DNA of 64,000 nucleotides from Saprospiraceae bacterium (GTDB lineage Bacteria; Bacteroidota; Bacteroidia; Chitinophagales; Saprospiraceae), in NCBI GenBank assembly GCA_045104975.1, contig JBGCCY010000129.1, positions 24,748 through 88,747 of the forward strand, given 5' to 3'. Both the position numbers and the translations under genes were made by a program. Positions 8,256 to 18,139 of the stretch are shown piece after piece; the first letter of the stretch is position 1; every line of letters starts with the position of its first letter. Below the pieces are notes generated by a model that saw only the letters and a program-made list of their open reading frames with translations, was not told the origin of the DNA and ran no database searches.

Positions 8256-9203
8256 ATGGAAGACTTTCAAAAAGAACTCAATAAAGTACTGAACAAATAT
8301 CAAGATTTTGAGCGCATCCAAAAGCACTTGAAAAATTTGGATACTCAACTGAAAAGTGGTTATCGAGAATTGGATAAGTTTGAAAAAATTTTGGAAAAAC
8401 ATGGACAAGATGTAAAGCAATTGGAACGCTTGAGTCTCAAAGGTCTTTTTCATAAAGTGCTCGGGAGTAAAAAAGAACAACTCGACAAAGAACGCCAAGA
8501 ATATCTGCAAGCTGCGCTAAAACGAAATGGACATAAAAAGTCATTGGAACTGCTGGAATATGAAAAAGGGGTACTGGAAGAAAAATTAAAAAAATTGCAA
8601 GACATTCCTGCTCAAGCAGAGATGATGATTCAAAAAAGAGAAAATGATTTGATGCGAAGTGGGACTCCTGTGGGGATGCGAATATTGACTATTTCCAAAC
8701 AGATTGATTCAAGTCGACATTTAAAAAGAGAAATCAAAGAGGCATTGGATGCAGGAAAAGATGTGATTGTAATTTTGGCAGAGATGGAAAATTATTTACG
8801 GAATGCAAGAAATTGGGGAAATTGGGATATGATGGGAGGACGAGGAATGACGACTTATGTAAAACATTCCAACATCGATCGCGCTCGTGCTCGATTGCAT
8901 AAAGCACAACATTTGTTGAATCGTTTTGAAACTGAATTACGAGATGTCTACAATCCTCGTCAGTTGAATCTTTCTTTGAATTTAGATTCGTTCACTCGAT
9001 TTATCGATATCTTTTTTGATAATTTAATTTCTGATTGGGTCGTGCAACAACGTATCCGAAATGCTTTGTCCAATATTGTTTCGGTCAAAGATCGAGCAAG
9101 TCGGTTGATTGGAACTTTGGAAATGGATGACAAAGATTTGGTTGCAAAAATGAAGCAATTGGAGAAAGAGAAGAAGCAATTGGTGCTGAATTTTAAAGGA
9201 TGA
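8256..9203 (+). CDS. Hypothetical coiled-coil protein
   Basis: The track start at 8244 is TTG and the first ATG is at 8256 (MEDFQKEL...). The N-terminal half is charged and heptad-rich, and the C-terminal half contains NWGNWDMMGGRGMTTY. No family recognised. Confidence 0.6.
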   Translation: MEDFQKELNKVLNKYQDFERIQKHLKNLDTQLKSGYRELDKFEKILEKHGQDVKQLERLSLKGLFHKVLGSKKEQLDKERQEYLQAALKRNGHKKSLELLEYEKGVLEEKLKKLQDIPAQAEMMIQKRENDLMRSGTPVGMRILTISKQIDSSRHLKREIKEALDAGKDVIVILAEMENYLRNARNWGNWDMMGGRGMTTYVKHSNIDRARARLHKAQHLLNRFETELRDVYNPRQLNLSLNLDSFTRFIDIFFDNLISDWVVQQRIRNALSNIVSVKDRASRLIGTLEMDDKDLVAKMKQLEKEKKQLVLNFKG

Positions 9204-9337
9204 AAAAGGAGTCAGGAGTCAGACGCTTTGTGTTCTTCTCGTTTTTTTGAAAAACTAAAATCAAATATTGGGAAATACAAAAAGCCCCTGACTCCTACCG
9301 AGAGCGCAGCGATCAACCTGAATCCTGACTCCTTTTT
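9203..9337. repeat. Long-range inverted repeat (GGAGTCAGGA-type arms)
   Basis: The arms aaaaaggagtcaggagtcag (9203-9222) and ctgaatcctgactccttttt (9318-9337) are reverse complements with 1 mismatch. An extra cctgactcc lies at 9287-9295. Confidence 0.6.
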
Positions 9338-9440
9338 AAAAATTAACGAAACAATAACCAAACTTCCATACAAAAAGCATCCATTTGGAATATTTTTCGT
9401 TCTAAGAAAAAGTAAACTTCAAATCTAAATTATTCAAATA

Positions 9441-10370
9441 ATGAAATGGTTATTGGCTACACTTACACTTTTCCTTTTGGGTTTTTCCAATCCAATTTTT
9501 TCTCAGGATATAAAAACGTATTTCGAAGAAAATGAACTGAATCCAAAATCAACGGACGATGGACTTTTTTATTTAATTGAGGAGGAAGGCAAAGGAGCAA
9601 AAGCAAAAACAGGCGATTATGTAAAAATTAAATATCGGGGAACATTGCTTGATGGAACTGAATTCGATATTTCGGAAGAAGAGTTTCCTTTTGTTTTTAG
9701 AGTGGGTCATCGACAGGTGATTAAAGGATGGGATTTAGGTTTGCAAGAATTTCAAACAGGTAGCAAAGGTAAATTATTCGTTCCATCAAAGTTGGGTTAC
9801 GGGAAAAATGGAATTGCTGATGTGATTTCTCCAAATGCAGATTTGATTTATGAAATTGAATTGTTGGAAATTATGAATTCGAAACAATACAATCAATACA
9901 TGAAAGAATTGGAAGTGAAGGAACGTCAACAATATGAAGAAAAAAAGAAAGAGCAATTTGTAGCAGATAAAAAAAATATTCAAAAGTATGCTACTGAAAA
10001 TAAATTAAGAACGAAACGAATGTCCTCAGGCGTTAGTTATGTTTTGACTAAAAAAGGAAAAGGACCAACTGCAAAACCTGGCGATTACATCGAAGTAAAA
10101 TACAAAGGTCAGTTAACTGATGGAACGGTCTTCGATGATTCTTATGGAAAGAAAGCAAAACCATTCGAATTTGTTTTAGGAAAAGGAAAAGCGATCCAAG
10201 GGTGGGAGGAAGGTTTGAAAAATTTCAAAAAAGGAAGTGAAGGTTGGTTGTTAATTCCTTCGGCATTAGCGTATGGACCTCGATCCATTCGAGAAGGAAA
10301 AATAAATATCCCAGCTAATTCTGTTTTGGTTTTTAAAATAAAAGTGGTGGACTTGAAGAGTAAGCAGTAA
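9441..10370 (+). CDS. FKBP-type peptidyl-prolyl cis-trans isomerase, two FKBP domains, secreted
   Basis: Signal peptide and two copies of the FKBP core (GWDLGLQEFQTGSKGKLFVPSKLGYG and GWEEGLKNFKKGSEGWLLIPSALAYG). Confidence 0.85.
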   Translation: MKWLLATLTLFLLGFSNPIFSQDIKTYFEENELNPKSTDDGLFYLIEEEGKGAKAKTGDYVKIKYRGTLLDGTEFDISEEEFPFVFRVGHRQVIKGWDLGLQEFQTGSKGKLFVPSKLGYGKNGIADVISPNADLIYEIELLEIMNSKQYNQYMKELEVKERQQYEEKKKEQFVADKKNIQKYATENKLRTKRMSSGVSYVLTKKGKGPTAKPGDYIEVKYKGQLTDGTVFDDSYGKKAKPFEFVLGKGKAIQGWEEGLKNFKKGSEGWLLIPSALAYGPRSIREGKINIPANSVLVFKIKVVDLKSKQ

Positions 10371-10371
10371 G

Positions 10372-10421
10372 CAGTTTTTCAGTAAGCAGCTAGCAATAAG
10401 CACTTGCCTACTGAAAAACTG
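10372..10421. terminator. Convergent-gene hairpin
   Basis: Perfect 13-bp stem cagtttttcagta / tactgaaaaactg. The right arm lies inside the last codons of 10408..10791. The heptamer taagcag is repeated nearby. Confidence 0.6.
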
Positions 10422-10791
10422 AAAACTTCATTGCTTTCAAACTCACAAAGTTAAACATCGCTCCACCCATGCTGATGGAAGCTAAGCCAATATTTAAGTC
10501 AGTAAAATACATCACCAACGTAATGTTCCCATCTAAGAAGCAGGTGCCGTGAATAAAATTCTCTTCGTCAATTTCCGTCATCCGATAATCTGAAATTTCA
10601 CAATTTTCTCTATAGAAATTTTTTCCAGTTGATTGTATAACTTTGGGAAGCATATCATTTGTAGATACTTTTCCCCAGTCGTAAAAGGCAGGGTCTTCCG
10701 CAAAATTTTGAAAAAAGAAATCGAAAGTTTCGCTAAAATCTTCAGAGGAGATTAGTCTTTGTTTTAAGGTGATGAAATGTTGTTTTCTCAT
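10408..10791 (-). CDS. Hypothetical protein
   Basis: 127-aa ORF with a clean ATG and no competing ORF. No recognisable motif. Its last codons form one arm of hairpin 10372..10421. Confidence 0.5.
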   Translation of the reverse strand: MRKQHFITLKQRLISSEDFSETFDFFFQNFAEDPAFYDWGKVSTNDMLPKVIQSTGKNFYRENCEISDYRMTEIDEENFIHGTCFLDGNITLVMYFTDLNIGLASISMGGAMFNFVSLKAMKFSVFQ

Positions 10792-10794
10792 AAT

Positions 10795-10820
10795 ATACCC
10801 CCCGAGTCCTAAAGGGGAGG
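10795..10820 (+). repeat. Terminator-linked repeat family, partial copy E (inverted relative to copy D)
   Basis: The sequence ataccccccgagtcctaaaggggag resembles the reverse complement of 11003-11027 (gtaacccccaccccctcaaggggag). Confidence 0.45.
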
Positions 10821-10926
10821 TTCCATTTTGCTAGATTGGAAATGTTTCCTTTTAGGATGTTTTACTGAGGTGAATTTTGATTAACAAAAATGTTTGTTTA
10901 TATGTTTTTAGAAGTTGTTTTATTTT

Positions 10927-11027
10927 AATAATCCCCAAACTCTCAATTCAAAGATTCCCTTAAATCAATGAAAGTATAAAGTCAAATAGAAGCAAACCCA
11001 AAACTCCCCTTGAGGGGGTGGGGGTTA
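10927..11027 (-). repeat. Terminator-linked repeat family, copy D
   Basis: See copy C. The stop codon of the M28 peptidase gene (11025-11027) is the first triplet of the element. Confidence 0.7.
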
Positions 11028-12392
11028 CTGTCTTCGTCTCGGAATTAGCGTCGTCGGATATGAAATAAGACTCTCATGCCCATCCTTTCCAACAGCCACC
11101 ACTCCAAACAAATAATTATCAATTACTACATTTTTCAAAGTAGCCTCCGTAACTTTTCCAACAAATTTTGAAAATTGCCATTGCGGTGAAGTCGTATCTC
11201 TCCAATAAATTTTATAGCCAGCCACATCTTTATCCTTGACCTCCGTCCAACGTAAAGTAGTTGAAGGTTGCACGGCACCACCAATCATCACCCCTTCAGG
11301 AGCAGGAGGCGCCCAAGCCAAGGCAGCCAAATTAATTGCATTTACCGCCGTCAATTTTGAAGCATATTCAAAGTTGACATGTTCGATCACGTCGCCATAT
11401 TTGATGCCATTTTCTTCTCGAATATCTTGATGTTGTTGGGTGTAATTTTCATGCGTTTCCATGATTCGAATTCCTGCAAAACCTTCATCATTAAATGGTC
11501 GGTGATGTCCACCTCGTCCAAAACGATCCAATCGATAGATCATCTTAGGTTTCATCATCGGCATATAAGTTGAAGTCATTCGATGCACATACCGAGCGAG
11601 TTGTCGAGAAGGACCATCTACTTCACCACCATAGAATCGATGCCAAATTCTTTGTTGCTCATTCAAATCCACCGGTGTTGGTTCTGAAAATATTCGGAAA
11701 CTTCGATTGTCAATGACACCATCGATTCCTTTAATATTTCCAATCATGTCATTATTTAAAATTCCGATGATATTCCATTTTTCTTCCTTCGCCACTTTTG
11801 CCATATGCTTGCCACCAAAAAGCCCTTGCTCTTCGCCTGACAAACCGGTATAGATCACACTATTTTTAAATTTATATTTTGTCAAAAGTCTTGCAGCTTC
11901 GATTGTCCCTGCCATTCCCGAAGCATTATCATTCGCACCAGGCGAATCATCTTTTCCATTCAAAGGATCAGAAATTCGAGAATCAATATCGCCTGACATA
12001 ATAACATATCGATTCGGATGATCCGTTCCTCGTTGAATCGCAACTACATTGACGACCCATGTATCTTTGTCAAATCGTCGATTGCCTTCTGCAGGAACTA
12101 AAGATCTTTGATAAAAAACTTCTAGGCAATTGCCACAGTCTTTTGAAATTTTGTCAAACTCCGCTTTGATCCAACGACGAGCTGCGCCGATTCCACGAGT
12201 TTGGGAAACGGTATCAGACAATGTATGTCGAGTTCCAAAATTGGCTAAAGTTCGAATATCCTTTTCGATTCGTTCCGCAGAGGAATTTTCGATGATGTCA
12301 TAAATTCTAGCATCAGTTTGCGACTGAACGAATAAAGGAAAGAGCAACATTAAAATTAATGCGACTAGCAGATTGGTTAATTGTTTTCTCAT
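11025..12392 (-). CDS. M28-family metallo-aminopeptidase with C-terminal Fn3-like domain
   Basis: Signal peptide. M28 metal-ligand motifs are present (DIDSR..., NDNASGMAGTIEAARLL, GEEQGLFG). The C-terminal beta-rich segment (LRWTEVKDKDVAGYKIYWR) is Fn3-like. Confidence 0.8.
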   Translation of the reverse strand: MRKQLTNLLVALILMLLFPLFVQSQTDARIYDIIENSSAERIEKDIRTLANFGTRHTLSDTVSQTRGIGAARRWIKAEFDKISKDCGNCLEVFYQRSLVPAEGNRRFDKDTWVVNVVAIQRGTDHPNRYVIMSGDIDSRISDPLNGKDDSPGANDNASGMAGTIEAARLLTKYKFKNSVIYTGLSGEEQGLFGGKHMAKVAKEEKWNIIGILNNDMIGNIKGIDGVIDNRSFRIFSEPTPVDLNEQQRIWHRFYGGEVDGPSRQLARYVHRMTSTYMPMMKPKMIYRLDRFGRGGHHRPFNDEGFAGIRIMETHENYTQQHQDIREENGIKYGDVIEHVNFEYASKLTAVNAINLAALAWAPPAPEGVMIGGAVQPSTTLRWTEVKDKDVAGYKIYWRDTTSPQWQFSKFVGKVTEATLKNVVIDNYLFGVVAVGKDGHESLISYPTTLIPRRRQ

Positions 12393-12530
12393 TTATTAAA
12401 CTTTTATAAAAAATCGATTGAATTTAGTCAAAATACTTTTAAAGCTTGAACATTTCCTTTCTAAATGTGTAAATTATATTTTTATAATATGTCGGATTAA
12501 AAATATTCTTGGACGATAAAAAAAATGTGA

Positions 12531-13715
12531 ATGAGTATATTTAAAAATATAAAAACCCAGATTTCGAAAGTAAAAAATAAAGCGGAAAAAGTAGGGAAAT
12601 GGGTAAGCTTTGCGCAGCAAGTTCGGCCGTCGAAAGACTTCAATGAAAACCGATTGCCGTCGCCTCCAAATTACTCTAGCCGTCAAAGCTGGGCTGCACA
12701 TCCTGAGGTCGCAAACAAATCGAACTTCGTTCCACTCGGAGTAGAAAAGACAAAACCGGAAGATTTAAAAGCAGATGTTTTCTTTATCCATCCAACTACT
12801 TTTTTTGGAAATAAAAATTGGAATGCATCTTTGAGTCATCCTGTAGCGAATACGATTGTAGACGAACTCATCATGTCAGGGCAAGCCTCTGTTTTTAATT
12901 CATGCTGTAGAATTTTTGCTCCTCGCTATCGACAAGCAACTTTTTATTCTTTTTTAGAAGGAGGAAGAAATGGGCAACGAGCACTCGATGTTGCGTACTC
13001 TGATGTAGCTCGCGCCTTTGATTTTTTTATCAATAACCTGAATGATGGGCGACCGTTTTTTATTGCAAGTCATAGCCAAGGAACTGTACACGCCATCAAA
13101 TTATTGGAAGATAGGATTGATAAAACGGATTTGGTGAAAAGAATGGTGGCAGCTTATACTATTGGTTTTGAATTTCCAAAAGTGAAATTTGAAGAGGATT
13201 TAAAGAATATCAAACCGAGCCAAAGTGCGACGGATACACAATGTGTGATTGCTTACGATACTTATATTGAAGGAGCGAAACCACTTTCTGCACTCGATAG
13301 AACTCAACTTCCTTTTTCCAAAAAAGATGGAACATGGGAATGGAAAAAACGAACTAAACATGCGACTTTTGCAACTAATCCAATCTCTTGGAAATCAAAT
13401 GATGAGCTAGCGGATGCGTCACAACACTTAGGTGCAGTAAATAATGAGTATATAAAAAGTAATTTTAAATTAGATAGTTTACTTGACAAAGAAGTAGCAG
13501 AGATTGAAACGGCAAGATTATCTTCTATTTATGAAAATGAGGTTTCTGCAAGAGTTGGAGAGGATGGATATTTATATATATCAAAACCGATCCATCGACA
13601 ATTTCGATTGATGTTGTTGCCGGGAGGGAATTATCATAATTATGATTACTCTTTATTTTATATGAATTTGCGAGAGAATGTGAAGGTGCGATTGGAGGCT
13701 TTTTTAAATAAATAA
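12531..13715 (+). CDS. Alpha/beta-hydrolase-like protein (DUF3089-like)
   Basis: Nucleophile-elbow-like motif IASHSQGT. The SWAAHP...FFIHPTTF layout is one I recall from DUF3089 lipase-like proteins. Confidence 0.55.
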   Translation: MSIFKNIKTQISKVKNKAEKVGKWVSFAQQVRPSKDFNENRLPSPPNYSSRQSWAAHPEVANKSNFVPLGVEKTKPEDLKADVFFIHPTTFFGNKNWNASLSHPVANTIVDELIMSGQASVFNSCCRIFAPRYRQATFYSFLEGGRNGQRALDVAYSDVARAFDFFINNLNDGRPFFIASHSQGTVHAIKLLEDRIDKTDLVKRMVAAYTIGFEFPKVKFEEDLKNIKPSQSATDTQCVIAYDTYIEGAKPLSALDRTQLPFSKKDGTWEWKKRTKHATFATNPISWKSNDELADASQHLGAVNNEYIKSNFKLDSLLDKEVAEIETARLSSIYENEVSARVGEDGYLYISKPIHRQFRLMLLPGGNYHNYDYSLFYMNLRENVKVRLEAFLNK

Positions 13716-13743
13716 AATTACTAGGAAATACAACAAGAAGATA

Positions 13744-13851
13744 ATTTTAACCACAGAGAACACAGAGAGTGGACACGGAGGAAATAGAGTTTTAAATATG
13801 AATTCCTCTGATCTCTCTGTGTCCGGTCTCAGTTTTCTCTGTGGTTAAAAT
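13744..13851. repeat. Long structured hairpin at convergent junction
   Basis: The outer 17-nt arms attttaaccacagagaa / ttctctgtggttaaaat are perfect. The inner stem cacagagag / ctctctgtg is 9 bp. Confidence 0.65.
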
Positions 13852-13869
13852 CAGACAAAAGGGAGAAGT

Positions 13870-14493
13870 TTAGAATTTTTCTTTTTGAAAAAACAAAAAC
13901 GCTTCCTTAAATTTTTCAAAATCAGCTTCCGCATTTTTTCCAAGCAACTTGAAATCAATTTTTTGAGAAAACCGACCAAGCCTTCCTGTCATAAATTCTC
14001 GCCACAAAACATTTTCCATCAAAGCATTCTTCCCCTCACTTTCAATACTCATCATGGATTGGTTTAAATCTTTTTTATGAAAAGCGAAATCAATAGTGTC
14101 CGTCAAATCTATCAAAACAAATCCTCTAAATAAATTGAAAGTTTCAGTCTCCGATTTTTCCGAAGGTTTATACTGCGCCACATCAAAAAGAATGATGAAA
14201 TCTTCAGCAGGTTGTGCTTGTCGTTCTGACCATTTATTTAGACGATTTTGCGCCCACTCTTTTTTCATTTCAAAATAATAAACCTCCATATCAGCAGGAG
14301 CTGTTTTTTCTCTTTCGGTGAGTTCATTTTTATGTTCAGCACATATTTTTTGATTAGAGTGAAAAACGCAAAATCCAATTTGATGAACTGCTTTTTTTAA
14401 ATCATTCCAATCAGAATTTATTTTGGGTACAGTTTGTCCAAAAGTAATGTTAGAGAAGAAATAAAGTAAAATAATGATAATTTTAGATTTCAT
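13870..14493 (-). CDS. Hypothetical secreted protein
   Basis: 207 aa with an N-terminal signal peptide (IIIILLYFFSNITFGQ). No family recognised. Confidence 0.55.
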   Translation of the reverse strand: MKSKIIIILLYFFSNITFGQTVPKINSDWNDLKKAVHQIGFCVFHSNQKICAEHKNELTEREKTAPADMEVYYFEMKKEWAQNRLNKWSERQAQPAEDFIILFDVAQYKPSEKSETETFNLFRGFVLIDLTDTIDFAFHKKDLNQSMMSIESEGKNALMENVLWREFMTGRLGRFSQKIDFKLLGKNAEADFEKFKEAFLFFQKEKF

Positions 14494-14623
14494 AATCCAA
14501 TATTTAATTAATTTCTGGAATGGGATTGTTTAGTTCACAAAAATAAAACGATTGATTCTTTATTTTCATTATAAGTACTGAGACACAATTATTGAATTCT
14601 CTGATTTTTTAAATTGAAAAAAC

Positions 14624-15877
14624 ATGAAAAACCTTTTACTCCTTTTAGCTTTATTTTTTTCCCTAAACCTTTATGCTCAAAATAAAAAAATTCTCTTCAT
14701 TGGGAATAGTTATACTGGAGTGAATAATCTTCCTCAGTTAGTTTATAATGTTGCGGTTTCTGTTGGCGATACATTGATTTATGACAAACACACACCGGGA
14801 GGTGCTCGACTAATGCACCATGCAACCAATGCTACCGCGCTTGCAAAAATTAGTTCTGATGATTGGGATCATGTTGTACTTCAAGCCCAAAGTCAAGAAC
14901 CTTCTTTTTCAGATACACAAGTAGCAACTGAGGTTTTTCCTTATGCAGAAATTTTGTGCGATTCTATCCGAACGAATAATGAATGTACTCGACCAATATT
15001 TTATATGACTTGGGGAAGAGAAAATGGAGACGCTTCAAATTGTGCGGTTTGGCCACCTGTCTGCACATATGAAGGAATGGACAGTCTATTAAATTTAAGG
15101 TATAGAATGATGGGAAATGACAATGACGCATATGTCTCCCCTGTGGGCGCAGTTTGGAATTACATTCGAGCTAATTATCCTGATATTGATTTGTATAGCA
15201 ATGATGGATCACATCCATCTATTGCTGGATCGTATGCTGCGGCGTGTACATTTTATAGTATTATTTTTAGAAAAGATCCTACATTAATTTCATTCAATTC
15301 TTCTTTGTCGGATACTGATGCAGATGCAATTAAAGTGGCTGCAAAAATTATAGCTTTCGATGATTTACTAGAATGGAATGTTGGTGAGTTCGATCCAGTA
15401 GCCAATTTTTCATTTACTCAAAATGAGACTGAAATCACTTTTATGAATAGCTCTGGAAATGCTGATTCTTTTCAATGGAGTTTTGGAGATGGTGTCATTT
15501 CAAATGAGGAAAATCCAACTCATGTTTTTCAAAATAACAATACATTTACAATTCAATTAATCGCAGAGAGATGTGGGCTTACTGATACGACCTCAATCGA
15601 AATAGCGATTGAAGTGGTTGCTATAAAAGATTTTCTAGCTTCTAAAATAAACATTTTTCCAAATCCAACTAAAAATAAGATCAATGTAAACGGTATTCCT
15701 AATTCATCAATCATTACCCTGGTAGATGGATTTGGAAAAGAATGGAAACGGATTAATCATTCTACAAAAAGTATATTAGAATTTAATTTATCAGAATTAA
15801 GTCAAGGAATCTATTTTATAAAGATTGAAAACAAGCACGGAGAATTACTTTTTGTTGAAAAAATAATTAAAAACTAA
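14624..15877 (+). CDS. SGNH/GDSL-like hydrolase with PKD domain and T9SS C-terminal sorting domain
   Basis: Signal peptide, followed by ILFIGNSYTGVNNLP (SGNH block I-like) and a PKD-like segment (FQWSFGDGVISNEENPTHVF). The C-terminus (IFPNPTKNKINV...GIYFIKIEN) is a typical T9SS CTD. Confidence 0.7.
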   Translation: MKNLLLLLALFFSLNLYAQNKKILFIGNSYTGVNNLPQLVYNVAVSVGDTLIYDKHTPGGARLMHHATNATALAKISSDDWDHVVLQAQSQEPSFSDTQVATEVFPYAEILCDSIRTNNECTRPIFYMTWGRENGDASNCAVWPPVCTYEGMDSLLNLRYRMMGNDNDAYVSPVGAVWNYIRANYPDIDLYSNDGSHPSIAGSYAAACTFYSIIFRKDPTLISFNSSLSDTDADAIKVAAKIIAFDDLLEWNVGEFDPVANFSFTQNETEITFMNSSGNADSFQWSFGDGVISNEENPTHVFQNNNTFTIQLIAERCGLTDTTSIEIAIEVVAIKDFLASKINIFPNPTKNKINVNGIPNSSIITLVDGFGKEWKRINHSTKSILEFNLSELSQGIYFIKIENKHGELLFVEKIIKN

Positions 15878-16044
15878 CAAGACAAATTGTAGCAGAAAAA
15901 AGAACCAGGTCTATTGTGGAAAATAAAAAGATGAGCCATCCTTGTTGGTAGTAATACCATTTAGTCAGGGTAGGAGGTGGGTACTTTTCCAAAAAAAATA
16001 ATTACCGTTTTTCCTAACTAAATGGCATTGATACAAGAGGTTAC

Positions 16045-16578
16045 TTAAAATCCATATCCAATGGTAAAGTTACTTTCTATCTGAGCAGGCTCTAGATCTA
16101 TATCCAATGAAGCAGATAAGGCGATGGATATGCCTATCGACCATTTATCTTTGACAAGTGTACTCACGCCCAATCCTGCATTTAAAGAAAAGAAACTGAC
16201 CTCTGCACCTCTGTCATTACCAAACGGGTATCCTAAAGGGATTAATTCATTTTTTGAGTTTAATTGATTGTAGGAAAAACCTGAAGTAAGAAAGAAACCT
16301 TTAAATACTTGTTTAGGATAAAATTTTACATTTGGATTGACAAAGATTCGACGATACAAATTACTCGAACCATAATTGAATGTTCCACCGATGGAGAACC
16401 TTTCATTTATTTTAGCTTCCGTTCCAATACCATAGGCAATGGGTGTTTCAAAATCGTCAATATAAGAATAAGCAAAATTTAGATTGATAAAAATCTCAGG
16501 TGATGGACTAGGATCTTCTTGTGTGAATCCGAAATTAGAACAAAATAAAATTAGAAAAAGGGAGATTAGATTTTTCAT
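16045..16578 (-). CDS. Small outer-membrane beta-barrel protein
   Basis: Signal peptide, alternating hydrophobic beta-strand pattern, and a C-terminal aromatic residue (...NFTIGYGF). Confidence 0.6.
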   Translation of the reverse strand: MKNLISLFLILFCSNFGFTQEDPSPSPEIFINLNFAYSYIDDFETPIAYGIGTEAKINERFSIGGTFNYGSSNLYRRIFVNPNVKFYPKQVFKGFFLTSGFSYNQLNSKNELIPLGYPFGNDRGAEVSFFSLNAGLGVSTLVKDKWSIGISIALSASLDIDLEPAQIESNFTIGYGF

Positions 16579-16728
16579 ATAAATTTAATTTGAAGTTTAT
16601 TTTTTTAGCATGTATTATTATAGACTGTTTTTAACATGATTTTGTTGAGTCAATAATGGATTTTTTATGCGTTTTTCTCAAATTAGGAGTATCATTAATT
16701 TTATTCCTAATTTAGAATCGCGATTAAT

Positions 16729-17277
16729 TTACTCGTAAACAATGGCTACGACCTCAACAATAATTCTTAAGTTTTTTAAATCATGATTGTTTTCAATTCC
16801 AAAATAGAGTGTCTCTTGATCCATGTTTTCTGTACTGATATAACCTGAACGAGATTTATTATTGATAAATTTTTCGTTGTAATTGTAAGACCCACAATTA
16901 TTGAATGATTGGATATTTTCATTACCACTCATCAAGTACAAATTAAAACTTCGATTAGTACTATTCGGATTTATATAGTCAGCAATTTTTGTTGGGTCAT
17001 GCTTTTTAGATAGGTATTTTACCTCATCTAAAAGCATCTTTTGTGGAGATTTAAAGTCTGATTTTTTTACTGCTCTCACAGAATAGATTATTCCTTTTGA
17101 GTTTTTAGGCAAATCAATTGGGATAAAATCTTTGTTGTTGCATTGCCATTTGTTTAAAGTAGATTTGATATGAATGCTTTTAGTTTCGTCTTCAAATACA
17201 TCTACAAATGAAGGAACGGATTCCGTGTTTAAAGCAAAGGAACAAATTAGGAAACAGATAGAAGTAATGAAATTCAT
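16729..17277 (-). CDS. Hypothetical secreted protein
   Basis: 182 aa with an N-terminal hydrophobic leader. No family recognised. Confidence 0.5.
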   Translation of the reverse strand: MNFITSICFLICSFALNTESVPSFVDVFEDETKSIHIKSTLNKWQCNNKDFIPIDLPKNSKGIIYSVRAVKKSDFKSPQKMLLDEVKYLSKKHDPTKIADYINPNSTNRSFNLYLMSGNENIQSFNNCGSYNYNEKFINNKSRSGYISTENMDQETLYFGIENNHDLKNLRIIVEVVAIVYE

Positions 17278-17491
17278 AATGTAATTGTTTTGTTGGTGAA
17301 TAATTTATAACAAGACAATGTGATTAGAATTTTCCCCTATGCAGCAGTAATAAATTGAAGTTTGAAAATAGACTAAGAAACAAAATGGAAAATAATATGT
17401 ACTTACGTATAAGTATTGTTTTGTAATATAAAACAACCTAGCCCCAGTTTTCCTTTCGTTTTCGTATTTTAGATAATTAAAAATAAAAGTC

Positions 17492-18055
17492 ATGAAAAAA
17501 GATATTCGAAGTTATAGAGAAAGCTTAGGTTTTACCCAAGCTGAGTTAGCCGAAAAAACAAATTTATCCATCAGGACAATTCAACGAGTTGAGTCAGGAG
17601 CAACCATTCCAAAAGGACATACGCTTAAAGTTTTATCAGAAGCATTTGGTGTTGAAAAAGAAGAATTATTGGAAACATTTAGTTCTGAAAATTTAGCATC
17701 GGAGAGTGAGGTGAGGATGAAATTAATCAACCTATCCTCCTTGTCTTTTTTAATGGGAATTCCTTTTGGAAATATCTTTGTTCCATATTTTTTTTGGAAT
17801 AAATATAGAGCAGATACGATAGTCGATAAAGTAGGAAGAAGCGTGCTTAATTTTCAAATTATTTGGACAGTAAGTAGCTGTTTGCTTTTAATCGTCAGTC
17901 CCTTTTTACAAGGTTTCTTTCCAAATGATTTTACGTTGATTTTATATGTAGGTCTGCTCGCAATATGTGTAAATATATTTTTTATTATAAAAACTGCCAT
18001 TTCTTTGAACGCTTCACAATATGATATTTTACCTTTAAAATTAAGACTTTTTTAA
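17492..18055 (+). CDS. Membrane-anchored XRE-family helix-turn-helix regulator
   Basis: N-terminal HTH (LGFTQAELAEKTNLSIRTIQRVESG) followed by three hydrophobic helices (DUF4870-like C-terminal half). Confidence 0.75.
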   Translation: MKKDIRSYRESLGFTQAELAEKTNLSIRTIQRVESGATIPKGHTLKVLSEAFGVEKEELLETFSSENLASESEVRMKLINLSSLSFLMGIPFGNIFVPYFFWNKYRADTIVDKVGRSVLNFQIIWTVSSCLLLIVSPFLQGFFPNDFTLILYVGLLAICVNIFFIIKTAISLNASQYDILPLKLRLF

Positions 18056-18139
18056 AAATGTCAGGTTATTGGCGGTAGTCTGTCGTGTTGTTCAAAGTAG
18101 CAATTCTTCATCTTTGATTTTATTTAATCAATATAAAAG

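Noticed and set aside
9228-9428. 66-aa ORF inside the 9203..9337 inverted-repeat element.
   Set aside because: It spans both repeat arms, has no plausible signal or motif, and starts at an unconvincing position. It is better explained as non-coding repeat DNA.
12474-12701. 75-aa minus-strand ORF overlapping the start of 12531..13715. Comparable small ORFs lie at 4019..4333, 4335..4568, 5745..5936, 17305..17493, 24984..25190, 27528..27719, 30111..30293, 39073..39297 and 47002..47229.
   Set aside because: They overlap better-supported genes or promoter regions and have non-protein-like composition. None has a recognisable motif.
15921-15942. The sequence aaataaaaagatgagccatcc resembles aaataaaagatgagtcatccc at 19107-19127.
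   Set aside because: The match is short, A-rich and low-complexity, and the partner arm that forms the hairpin at 19.1 kb is absent at 15.9 kb. It is probably chance.
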